Of a stretch of DNA of 44,833 nucleotides, positions 9,609-17,687 are shown piece after piece. The notes under the pieces were generated by a model. It saw only the letters and a list, made by a program, of their open reading frames with translations. It was not told the origin of the DNA and ran no database searches. Source of the DNA: Dehalococcoidia bacterium (GTDB taxonomy: Bacteria > Chloroflexota > Dehalococcoidia > SZUA-161 > SpSt-899); NCBI GenBank assembly GCA_023271215.1, contig JALPYG010000002.1, forward strand, positions 1 to 44,833. Reading direction: 5' to 3'. A program made the translations under genes and the position numbers. Within the stretch, counting starts at the first letter, position 1. Each line of letters opens with the position of its first letter.

Positions 9609-9705
9609 ATTAAGTTAGGCTGCTCAACTGTGCACGAGTCAGAACATTAACATGGGGCAACAAATGACTGGCTCCGGCGCTTTATACTGACACTAAACGA
9701 GTTTC

Positions 9706-10038
9706 ATGACAATTCCCAACGCAGAGCGTGCGGTAGTGGACATTCGGAAATTGCGCCATTACTGCCTTGATCCAGCGCATGACGAGGGCAAACACAAAGC
9801 GCGTTTACTCGCCGCGGCTGTTGGCATGACCGCCAATGACGCTGAGCACTTGCGCAACGTGCTATTACGAACGGTTAAGATACACGAGGCGCAATTAGGG
9901 CGACGTGATGAATATGGGCAACGCTACTTGGTTGACTTCATGCTCGAATGGCGCGGCAAGCGGGCAATGATTCGGAGTGGGTGGATTATCGAACGTGGTT
10001 CGGTCACACCGAGACTGACTAGTTGCTACCCTTTGTGA
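9706..10038 (+). CDS. DUF6883 domain protein
   Basis: The motifs KLRHYCLDP.H..GKHKARLL, YGQRY.VDF and GWIIE...PRLTSCYP match my recollection of DUF6883. Confidence 0.75.
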   Translation: MTIPNAERAVVDIRKLRHYCLDPAHDEGKHKARLLAAAVGMTANDAEHLRNVLLRTVKIHEAQLGRRDEYGQRYLVDFMLEWRGKRAMIRSGWIIERGSVTPRLTSCYPL

Positions 10039-10054
10039 AACTGGGAGGTGACGA

Positions 10055-10300
10055 ATGACGAACACTATCAAACTACTCGACGTGGTGGCACTCACGGTTG
10101 ACCTACCCGAATACAACCTGTGGCGAGGGCAAGTTGGAACAGTGGTCGAAATCCTTGCGGCAGGCACTGCGTTTGAAGTCGAATTCTGCGACCGTGAAGG
10201 GCGCACTTACGAATCGCTGGGTTTGCGACCAGATCAGATAATGATGCTACACTATGAACCGATAACTGCGCACCCGAAGCCTGTAAGCGTGCCAGCGTAG
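10055..10300 (+). CDS. DUF4926 domain protein
   Basis: LLDVVALTVDLPEYNLWRGQVGTVVEIL..AFEVEF.DREGRTY matches the DUF4926 pattern. It lies 16 nt downstream of the DUF6883 gene. Confidence 0.75.
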   Translation: MTNTIKLLDVVALTVDLPEYNLWRGQVGTVVEILAAGTAFEVEFCDREGRTYESLGLRPDQIMMLHYEPITAHPKPVSVPA

Positions 10301-10509
10301 TCTGCTTCTTTCCTGCTAATTCCTGCCTGACGCAGAATGCTGCTCAAGGTTCCCCTGGGAATACCCTTTTTGTTTCTCGGAACAATTACGGTGCGGAGTT
10401 TCCCCTAATAGAATCCCTCGAAAATATCCTCTTTCCCACGACCCTTGAAAGTTATCCCAAACTGTTGCAATAGCCAGGCTACGTCCTTACTGGACAACTG
10501 CTCAGGCAT
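10252..10509 (-). pseudogene. hicA: hicA-like toxin gene interrupted by an in-frame TAG
   Basis: The ATG at 10509 overlaps the hicB stop (ATGCCTGA). The sequence reads MPEQLSSKDVAWLLQQFGITFKGRGKEDIFEGFY, then TAG at 10405-10407, then GKLRTVIVPRNKKGIPRGTLSSILRQAGIS.. in the same frame. Confidence 0.55.
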
Positions 10510-10786
10510 GGGAAAACTCCAGGGGATATACATTGAAAGGATATGATTCTTCCAGTTGAGTTCCCTCCGTTAAGAACTCACTTAGTGCTTCGATGGATAC
10601 CGGTCTAAGAATCTCCCTCTCTCGATTCTCCTCGATCATGTATTGGATATAGGTTTCTATCGCATCTTTCAAGGATTCTACAGCTTGGCTCCTTGTCTTT
10701 CCACAGGATGTAACATCCAGTTCCAAACAAAGTGAAGCATATTGATTCCCCTCTTTCTTGACAATGCAGGTCAAATCGAATTTCAT
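10502..10786 (-). CDS. hicB: HicB-like (UPF0150) antitoxin
   Basis: MKFDLTCIVKKEGNQYASLCLELDVTSCGKTRSQAVESLKDAIETYI, the typical HicB N-terminal fold signature. Confidence 0.7.
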   Translation of the reverse strand: MKFDLTCIVKKEGNQYASLCLELDVTSCGKTRSQAVESLKDAIETYIQYMIEENREREILRPVSIEALSEFLTEGTQLEESYPFNVYPLEFSHA

Positions 10787-10794
10787 AAGCCCTC

Positions 10795-11040
10795 CTACCG
10801 CTCCCTTTCCTTCAGAAATTCCTCCACCGTAAGCGAAATTCCTTTCTCTTTCAAGATATCCATCGTTTCTTTCGCCAATTGATCTAAAGTGTCGAGGATT
10901 TGCTCATCTTTTTCTACCTTATCGGTTCTTCTCATTTCTTCCATCATATCTAACAACCCTCTTGTTTCCGGAAGCAATACCTTTAATCTCCACGAGCCTG
11001 TAAGATTAATCGGCTGTGTCCTTATCACGGTTTGAACCAT
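10795..11040 (-). CDS. Hypothetical 81-aa protein; its last 22 codons recur at 19515-19583
   Basis: ORF lying 8 nt upstream of hicB. No family was recognised. A paralogous 3' fragment sits next to the IS110 remnant. Confidence 0.5.
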   Translation of the reverse strand: MVQTVIRTQPINLTGSWRLKVLLPETRGLLDMMEEMRRTDKVEKDEQILDTLDQLAKETMDILKEKGISLTVEEFLKERER

Positions 11041-11193
11041 CTTTTCTGCCCCTTATGTTTCCCCAATATACACCAGGTACTCGGCACGGGTGCTAGGGTA
11101 AACAACAATCGTATCTCCAGCGCCGGCAGAGTTCACGGCATGGGGAGAACCTTGACCAGGGGTCCAGGCAGTCCGGCAAAGGCAAGCCTGCCG

Positions 11194-12962
11194 TCAGTTG
11201 CCACCTGTCCCGAAATTCCGGCCCACCCTGACCAGATCGAAGACATCTACAATGCCGTCGTTGTTGAGGTCGGCTCCGGGGTCAAATCCTTGATCACCCG
11301 CTCTCCGGTTAAAGGATACCGCTACCAGGGTTAGGTCGGCGGGGTCAACCCTTCCATCGGCATTGACGTCTCCAGGGACGCCGGTTACCCGGAAGGTGTT
11401 ATAAGCCGTGATAACGCCCTGGTGAGGTCCGGTGTCCAGGGGTAGCTCAACCGTATATTCGCCCGGAGGAGCATCATGAGGCAGATTGAAGGAATAGTCC
11501 CGCCCAGACATCCCGGGAGTTCTCATCCACCACCTTATTCCCATCGGGGTCGGTGACCACCAGGCGTGGGTAGATGACCTGCCACTCATAGGATGGGGCT
11601 GATTGAAGTGCGCCTGGACTAAAGCTTATCTCTCCCTCATGTTCCTGTGGAGCAAGGGCCGCGAGGTGGTTCGGCTTTGAAGCCACCCCGGTCTTAGTGC
11701 CCCACGTCTGAACCCCTTCCAGCCTGTTGCCAAAACCATCGGTCACCAGGTTGGAGATGGTAACCGTTTCGCCAGGCGAGTATTGAGATTTATCCGGTGT
11801 GGTTGAGGCAATGAAGTTCCCTCCAGCTTGGATATTTACCGTGGTTCCACTGGCAATGGTGATCGCACTATCGGCCAGCTCAAGCGCATAATGCCAATCC
11901 TTCCCCTCCGTGTCGGTTTTGAGTAATTTACCATCAACGTGATAGATGGCAGCAGACATCACGACCCGGCTCTCATCCTCAACCTCAAAATCGGGGGCAG
12001 CATGCATATCTTCTAGCCGGGGTATGAATCCCATGCGGGTGAAGTCAGAGAGGCCGATACTTATCTGCCCGGTAGGCATCTCAGCCGCATGGAACTCTAT
12101 TATCGTGTCTTCACTGAGGGCAACGTTCGGCTCAAAAAGGTAATAGAGGCTCGACCAGCTCCAGGCGTGCACGCTCTTGTAGGTCAGAGGAGCAACATCA
12201 GCCAGGTGCCGCCCAGCCGAGCTCAATGCGAGCCCAGGCGCTGGGATGAGCCGGTGAGCTTCCCATAAGCTCACCATTGACGAGGCCATTCCACGAGCTG
12301 GCGCCCATCAGGCACCAGCGGCCCACTCCGAGCGAGAATCCATCCGTATCATAAAGGTCGGGAAGGCCAAAGATGTGCCCCAGCTCGTGGGCGAAAACGC
12401 CGATGGTCATATTCGGAAGATCCGCCCAATCCCTGGGCCAGTACTCCGGCATCGTGGCATAATGATGCACTTTAACGCCATCCACCGATACCGCCGTCGA
12501 GGTTCGCCACGCGTGGGAGTGAATATCATTATCGTCCCCTGTAGCCTCCCTGCCGGTTCCGGCATGAACCACCATCAGAATGTCTATGTAGCCATCACCG
12601 TTGTTGTCATACTCACTAAAATCAATAAGCGGGTCGGCCAGTTTAACCAGGTCCTCTACCAGCCTTTGGGCATTTCGGGGGTAGGAGCCGCCACCGCCTT
12701 TCCCGTCCACATAGTAATCGTAACTCTCAGGAGCTCCGAACCAGTCCGAGGCGCTGGGAAGATTCACGGTGACAATATCGAGCTTGCCGAAGGATACCTC
12801 GCGGAAATAATCACGCACAGAAAGGGATTCAGTTCCGAAAACCAGGTCATCGAAATAACTGGCTTCTACCGAAGAGGGTTTATCATCGAAATCCACCAGC
12901 AATAGGAGGGCATTCAGTGTCCCCTCGGCCTGCAAGACAGGCCACCCGGGGGCTTGCTTCAA
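11194..12962 (-). pseudogene. M6-family (immune inhibitor A-like) metalloprotease with C-terminal dockerin repeats, broken by at least two frameshifts
   Basis: Three overlapping ORFs in different frames: 12198-12962 with HELGHIFGLPDLYD, 11474-12289, and 11194-11589 with DVNADGRVDPADL...DLNNDGIVDVFDL. A further N-terminal piece upstream ends in TAG. Confidence 0.7.
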
Positions 12963-13287
12963 GCCCGCTAGCCGGGCACATCCTGCGAATCCCTCAGATG
13001 AAGCTCCACCTCATTTCGCCTGAAGTGTTCCTCTCGATTCATTTTCTCAGCCCCCTTTCATACTGCTCCCTGTAAAGTTCCTAATGCTCGCCTACAACAT
13101 TAAGCGCGTAAGTAAGGGACTCTCTCATATCAAGCCCACGAATATACCTTGTATCTTTACTTCCATCAGGTCGGTTAATATCCATGTGAGGGCTCCCATT
13201 TTTACGCTCACTATGCCACGGCGACTACGAAACGAGCTTCATACATCTGGTAGAGCAGCGTGCCGCCCAACATGAATGGGCAGGACG

Positions 13288-13434
13288 TCACTCCTGCTCA
13301 TAATTGTTGCCGAAATTCCTCCCTGCCTTCACGAGGTCAAAAATATCCACAATGCCGTCGTCGTTGAAGTCGGCTGCGGGGTTCCAGTTTGGATGATTTA
13401 ATTCGCAGCCCTCTTCCTCGCCGTGAGCCCAAGA
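13288..13434 (-). pseudogene. Orphan dockerin-repeat C-terminal fragment
   Basis: ..NPAADFNDDGIVDIFDLVKAGRNFGNNYEQE* with no start codon. The nucleotides are similar to 11194-11290. Confidence 0.45.
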
Positions 13435-13444
13435 TTACCCAACT

Positions 13445-13894
13445 TTATCTTTGATACAAATCCAGGGAGTCAACTCTTACCACTTCTTCAACGAGGTCAA
13501 AATGGGCATCGGCGGAGATAACTTTCTCAACCCCATGACTTAGCATGGCAGCGGTATGAACTAAATCGCGTGGAGGGACACCCTTGCCCTTGTAGATCTC
13601 AGCAAGCTCAATCATTTTCTTGACCTCTGCAGAGCCAATAGGAGGAATATCCTGCCCCAGGGTGAACAAATCCCGGCATACTGAAATGCCTGTTTCCCAC
13701 TTACCGACAAGCGCATACCGATAAAGAATTTCCTGGAAAACCTCGGTATCAGTTACGGGAATGCCGAAATTCTCTCGGAAAGAGCCTGCGGCTATTTCAA
13801 GAATGATTCGACCACAGGAAGCTCTGTACGGATGCTCCTTGCCGCGGGCGTACATCACCACATTGGTATCAATGAAAAGAAGCTCATTTCTCAT
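13445..13894 (-). CDS. vapC: PIN-domain toxin (VapC family)
   Basis: LFIDTNVVMYA... with the acidic residues of a PIN domain. It overlaps the upstream antitoxin gene by 11 nt. Confidence 0.8.
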   Translation of the reverse strand: MRNELLFIDTNVVMYARGKEHPYRASCGRIILEIAAGSFRENFGIPVTDTEVFQEILYRYALVGKWETGISVCRDLFTLGQDIPPIGSAEVKKMIELAEIYKGKGVPPRDLVHTAAMLSHGVEKVISADAHFDLVEEVVRVDSLDLYQR

Positions 13895-14135
13895 TCAAAT
13901 GCCCTCGGGCTATGAGGCTTTCGATCTCTTTCCAGTCGGGCACCTCCTCCTCCGCAGAAACGAGACGATTTGCCGCTTCAAGCTTCTTCTCCTTCGGTTC
14001 CACTTTGGGGATCTCCTTATTCACCGCTTCTCGAATTAAGGCCCCCACAGAGCAGCCACGCCGTCCGGCTTCCTTACCCAGCCCGTGATACTGCTCGGGA
14101 TCAAAGAGGACCATTACCTTCTTTGTCAAAGCCAT
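13884..14135 (-). CDS. Antitoxin-like protein (probable ribbon-helix-helix) paired with VapC
   Basis: MALTKKVMVLFDPEQYHGLGKEAGRRGCSVGALIREAV. The start at 14135 has an AGGGAGG RBS. Confidence 0.6.
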   Translation of the reverse strand: MALTKKVMVLFDPEQYHGLGKEAGRRGCSVGALIREAVNKEIPKVEPKEKKLEAANRLVSAEEEVPDWKEIESLIARGHLNEK

Positions 14136-14424
14136 TCCAGCCTCCCTTATCATGTATATGGATACTAATCCGCCCTGTCCTGCTCGAATAAATGTCTCCA
14201 ATGATCTCTTCGGCGCTTCGATCATCTTTCCATATCCCGCAGAGGCCGGTGCCTTCCCTGGGTGTTAATCCCGTCTCTTTCTCAAGGGGCTCTCTACTAT
14301 CATCTATCTCCATAACTACTTTGACCTCAACCCCTTCCTCGAGATGGAGCCTTTCCTTGACACTCTCCGGACAGGACAAATGGCCATCAGCCAGCACCTT
14401 AGCTTTATATTCTACACTGGGCAT
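14101..14424 (-). CDS. AbrB/MazE/SpoVT-family antitoxin-like DNA-binding protein
   Basis: KAKVLADGHLSCPESVKERLHLEEGVEVKVVMEID, followed by GIWKDDRSAEEIIGDIYSSR, a tail typical of VapB/MazE-type antitoxins. Confidence 0.55.
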   Translation of the reverse strand: MPSVEYKAKVLADGHLSCPESVKERLHLEEGVEVKVVMEIDDSREPLEKETGLTPREGTGLCGIWKDDRSAEEIIGDIYSSRTGRISIHIHDKGGWNGFDKEGNGPL

Positions 14425-14842
14425 ATCAATTACTTCCTTCCTTTTGATTGCCCTTGGCCACGGTGAATTTAACCGAAATGCAATTATTAGTGTCCCAACT
14501 CATTATCTCACATTACGATGATGACGTCCCTCCTCCTCAGGATTCTTTCAACTACCGCCAGAGGCCGAGAGCAAACCTCACATAATACGCAGCGAAGGTA
14601 TCAGTAAGCCTTTTCAGGGTGATATGAGGCTGTCCGAAAACATACATTTTACCTCACATGCCTGACCATTAGCTACCCCCACGGACTTTTTGGACAGCCT
14701 GTTATCTACCTTTGAATGAAACCGCCGCGCTGATGCACTCTGATAAACACAGATATGCCCCTGTAATTTCTTGAATCTCCGTGAATCGGTGTTCATCGGT
14801 GGTTTTCTTCCTAATGTTGATTAAGGGCTGTGTAGTTACCAC

Positions 14843-15580
14843 TCATCTTGTCAATTGGTAGGAGGAGATTACCTCAATGTTGTTTTCTCGTGCCAGTCGC
14901 TCAGCGCTCGGATGAGCCCAAAATCCAAATAGAAAGCGAAAGGCAGGCTTATCAAGAACCCTTTCAAGCACTCTCAAATGAGCCACAAACTTCTTTACCT
15001 CCGTCCGCCCAATCCGATTCTTGGACTCGCCCAAAAGCACAACCGCCTCTCCATTACGCTTTCCTTCAGCATAGAGGTTTACCTCCACCTCTTTCCTGTC
15101 TACCTTGATAAACCTGCGGATACATCTTTCAACACCGGTAATGCCATAAGCCCTTTCAAAATACGCTGGAAGAACCCACTCCCCTAAGTCCTCAAGCCCG
15201 TATCCGAGGGTATCGCTCATTCGCCCTACCTGGTGGGCTAGATTTGCCACCGCCTTCTCCGTTCTTGCCTGAGCCTGGGCCAACTCTCCAACGGCTCCTC
15301 TCAGTTCATTGTGAGATTGAACCAGTTCCCGGTGGCCTTGAGCCAGTTCCGTAACCACTTCTCTCAGTTCATTGTGAGATTGAACCAGTTCCCGGTGGCC
15401 TTGAGCCAGTTCTGTAACCACTTCTCTCAACTGATTGTGAGAATGAGCCAGGTCCCCAACTATCCCTTTCAGTTCACTGAAATCTTCTCTGGTTACCCGA
15501 ATCTCCTTCACCCGCTCATCAACAACTGCGATCATGGCCTCATAGAGTTCTGCGGTGATCCCCTTAAGTGCCTCAGCCAT
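14843..15580 (-). CDS. Coiled-coil + PD-(D/E)xK nuclease-like protein (DUF3782-like)
   Basis: N-terminal shared cassette, then 21-aa repeats (HNELREVVTELAQGHRELVQS), then a C-terminal EVNLYAEG...VVLLGESK nuclease-like core. The start at 15580 (MAEALKG) follows a GGGGAGGGA RBS. Confidence 0.7.
   Translation of the reverse strand: MAEALKGITAELYEAMIAVVDERVKEIRVTREDFSELKGIVGDLAHSHNQLREVVTELAQGHRELVQSHNELREVVTELAQGHRELVQSHNELRGAVGELAQAQARTEKAVANLAHQVGRMSDTLGYGLEDLGEWVLPAYFERAYGITGVERCIRRFIKVDRKEVEVNLYAEGKRNGEAVVLLGESKNRIGRTEVKKFVAHLRVLERVLDKPAFRFLFGFWAHPSAERLARENNIEVISSYQLTR
15298..15457. repeat. 63-bp tandem repeat (about 2.5 copies) inside the CDS
   Basis: Units 15298-15360 and 15361-15423 are nearly identical, followed by a diverged partial third unit. 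They encode 21-aa coiled-coil repeats. Confidence 0.85.
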
Positions 15581-15606
15581 TTCTCGTCCCTCCCCTGGCG
15601 AATCCA

Positions 15607-15709
15607 CTGATGGTTGATGGTTCAACGTTCAAGGTTCACGGTTCGTAGTCACCAGTCACCGGTCACTAGTCACCTTTCACTCAGCTTCCAGCCTTCAGCC
15701 TTCAGCCTT
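15607..15709. repeat. Composite heptamer tandem repeats (GGTTCAN, AGTCACC, CAGCCTT blocks)
   Basis: tggttgatggttcaacgttcaaggttcacggttcg / tagtcaccagtcaccggtcactagtcacc / cagcttccagccttcagccttcagcc. Confidence 0.8.
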
Positions 15710-16396
15710 TCCAAAGTCTTTGGGTTTGAAATCCGGGGAGTTAAGCATCGTGATCAGCCCCTCTCCACTCCCCGTTAAAACAAACAACCCTTGCCGGTAG
15801 GCAAACTTGTCCGCATCCTCTTCTATATGTATCGCCGCCACTCCTCCGTAGATGATCATCCCCTTATACCTCGGGAAGAAGAAGGTGAACTGCTTCAACT
15901 GTTCCATGAATTCCCGCACGTCTTCTGCCTTCAGGGTCGTCTTGACTTCGATGACCACCGCCTCGTGGGTGTTAAGCAGGAGGACGTCTATTTTGATGTG
16001 CGAGTCGTTGCGAGTAGTTTCGACTTCCCGAAATATTTGGGTGATTTCAATGCCTCTTTCCCGGAACAACCGCAAGGCGGAACGAGCGCTCAGAGCCTCG
16101 ACCAGCTTTCCCCACGGACCGGTGAAAATCCCCTCCAGCCTGCCGAACTCTTTATCCGTTTCTCGGAAGTTTTGATTAGTTTCCCGGAATCTCTGATCCA
16201 GTCTCCGCTTTGTTTCTCGCAACATCTGCTCAATTTCCCGGAATCTCCGGTCCGTTTCTTGAAACCTCTCGGCTACTTCCTGGAATCTCTGATCCAGTCT
16301 GCGGTCTGTTTCCTGGAATCTGTCATCCAGTCTCCGGTCCCTTTCGGCAAACGTGCGCCAAACATCTTCTTTGGTTAATTCAGACATTCTCGTCAC
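15695..16396 (-). CDS. DUF3782-like coiled-coil + PD-(D/E)xK nuclease-like protein
   Basis: Repetitive N-terminus (RFQETDRRLDQRFQE...) and a C-terminal IKIDVLLLNTHEAVVIEVK motif (D..ExK). Confidence 0.75.
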   Translation of the reverse strand: MTRMSELTKEDVWRTFAERDRRLDDRFQETDRRLDQRFQEVAERFQETDRRFREIEQMLRETKRRLDQRFRETNQNFRETDKEFGRLEGIFTGPWGKLVEALSARSALRLFRERGIEITQIFREVETTRNDSHIKIDVLLLNTHEAVVIEVKTTLKAEDVREFMEQLKQFTFFFPRYKGMIIYGGVAAIHIEEDADKFAYRQGLFVLTGSGEGLITMLNSPDFKPKDFGKAEG

Positions 16397-16403
16397 CTGG
16401 TTG

Positions 16404-16478
16404 TCAGTCTAGAGTCGGGAGTCCAGAGTCCCCCGCTCCCCCTTCAGCCTTCTGTCTTCAGCCTTGAGCCTTTCGCCC
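16404..16478. repeat. Heptamer/G-core repeat element
   Basis: Plus strand reads (AGTCNNG)n, then ccccgctccccc, then (TTCAGCC-like)n. It overlaps the last codons of the 16444-16833 gene. Confidence 0.8.
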
Positions 16479-16833
16479 CTATATACAATAATAACCTTCT
16501 TTCTTTAAGCTTACCCGTCAAGGGGTCCAGGGACAGTGCCATTGCCTCCAGGGTGACCACACCGAGAAGCACACGGTCTATAAAATCGGATATCAGCACG
16601 TCCTGAACTGACTGCTTCCGGTCAATCGTAATTCTGGCCGCTGACCGCACGAGTTCAAGCTCTCCAGCACCCGTTTCTACGCTCTCCGTGCTGACCTCAG
16701 CAAGCTCCAGTTCCCGGGCTATTCTCTCAGGAATGACCGTCAGCGTCGCCCCGGTGTCCGCCAGGGCTTGCACGTCCTTTGACCGGCTCCCGGCCATATT
16801 AGAAATTGTCAGCGAAACGTATATGTGCCCCAT
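16444..16833 (-). CDS. Retropepsin-like clan AA aspartic protease (AF_0612-like)
   Basis: ALADTGATLTVIP active-site motif, size about 120 aa, LLGVVTLEAMALSLDP tail. The last ~12 codons are translated repeat. Confidence 0.75.
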   Translation of the reverse strand: MGHIYVSLTISNMAGSRSKDVQALADTGATLTVIPERIARELELAEVSTESVETGAGELELVRSAARITIDRKQSVQDVLISDFIDRVLLGVVTLEAMALSLDPLTGKLKERRLLLYIGAKGSRLKTEG

Positions 16834-16836
16834 TTA

Positions 16837-17030
16837 CGCTAGTCGGCAGTCGCTAGTCGGCAGTCGAGAGTCTGGAGTCCCCCGCTTTGGATAGTCGCTA
16901 GTCGAGAGTCCCTCCCCACTGCCCCTTCAGCCTTTCGCCTTCAGGCTTTTGCCTTGAGCCTTTGGCCTTTAGCCCTTCGCCTTTAGCCTTCAGGCTTTTG
17001 CCTTTCGCCTTCAGCCTTTGGCGCTTCGCC
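16837..17030. repeat. Largest heptamer/G-core repeat element (about 190 bp)
   Basis: (GCAGTCG/CTAGTCG/GAGAGTC)n, then cccccgc, then more AGTC units, then cctccccactgcccc, then about 15 units of TTCAGCC/TTTCGCC/TTTTGCC. Confidence 0.85.
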
Positions 17031-17041
17031 TCTCCAGGTAA

Positions 17042-17080
17042 TGCTACCACAAGAATTAAAAGTTTGTCAATATGTCTTCT
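17042..17080 (-). promoter_or_regulatory. Conserved 37-bp element with promoter-like TTGACA-18 nt-TAGCAT (copy 1)
   Basis: 17044-17080 matches 18660-18696 at 36 of 37 positions. On the minus strand it reads TTGACAaacttttaattcttgtggTAGCAT and points toward 16444-16833. Confidence 0.4.
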
Positions 17081-17472
17081 AAGAGCCTGGTTGCCAACCC
17101 CCCTTGACAAACCTTAACAAATGTGATAACCGCAACATAAGCATCCGCCCTTCTCTCTCGCCCCCGGATCTCATTTATTATGAGTTCCTGCGCCCTTTCA
17201 AGAACCCTCTCCTCAGGCTCATCCGATTTCATCAGGGGCAAAAGCGGGTAAAGCCCGCAGAATCAGGAAGGGTCTTACCGGAAGACGGTATTTCTCGAAA
17301 AGCCTCCAGGTGTAGCCGAGCATTCGTTGGGGAAGCGAAGCAGGGGGAGCTCCTTATCCACCGCCTCAACATGCAGAACCTCCACCGAGAACCTTTCCAG
17401 CCCCAAAGCAAAGCGAATGTAATCCTCTGGAAACCCATCGGTAAGCCTTTTCAAGACGTCGTATTTCGGCAT
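17056..17472 (-). pseudogene. Two ORF fragments (65 aa and 61 aa) of an unidentified multi-copy family, possibly Rpn/YhgA-like
   Basis: MPKYDVLKRLTDGFPEDYIRFALGLERF... has a second N-terminal relic at about 14555-14650 (..ITLKRLTDTFAAYYVRFALGLWR*). The reading frame is broken between the two pieces. Confidence 0.3.
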
Positions 17473-17484
17473 AATCGCATCTCT

Positions 17485-17634
17485 TCACCCCTGGATTAGC
17501 CCCACCCCGGTCAAATTTCTCGATGTGTATCCGCTTCGGCCTGCCAGAATAGGCCCAGCACTGCGAATCCCGCTGAAGGCCAGCACTGCGGTCATGAGGA
17601 TGGCGAAGATGCTGAGGGTGCGTTTCCTTTTCAT
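17485..17634 (-). CDS. Small (49 aa) predicted signal-peptide/membrane protein
   Basis: MKRKRTLSIFAILMTAVLAFSG.. preceded by an AAGGAGG RBS with 6-nt spacing. It lies immediately downstream of the second retropepsin gene. Confidence 0.4.
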   Translation of the reverse strand: MKRKRTLSIFAILMTAVLAFSGIRSAGPILAGRSGYTSRNLTGVGLIQG

Positions 17635-17687
17635 CGCTGCCTCCTTCTTGAGATCGCTGAGAAACGCAGTTTTCCGGCGGTCGGTTT

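Noticed and set aside
11194-12962. The protease frameshifts might be sequencing errors, which would make this an intact gene.
   Set aside because: This cannot be excluded without reads. However, every long housekeeping ORF in the window is uninterrupted, and the island contains many other independent truncations, so genuine pseudogenisation is the more economical reading.
13084-13275. 63-aa plus-strand ORF between the M6 protease pseudogene and the dockerin relic.
   Set aside because: It has no RBS and no motif, and its orientation is opposite to all neighbours. It is likely spurious.
14614-14796. 60-aa basic ORF on the minus strand.
   Set aside because: It has no RBS and no recognisable family. 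It lies in a stretch that contains a relic of the MPKYDVLKRLTD.. family in another frame (about 14555-14650), so it is probably non-coding debris.
16898-17110. 70-aa ORF encoding KAKGKSLKAKGEGLKAKG...
   Set aside because: It is simply the translation of the tandem heptamer repeat block at 16837-17030. It has no RBS and no independent coding signal.
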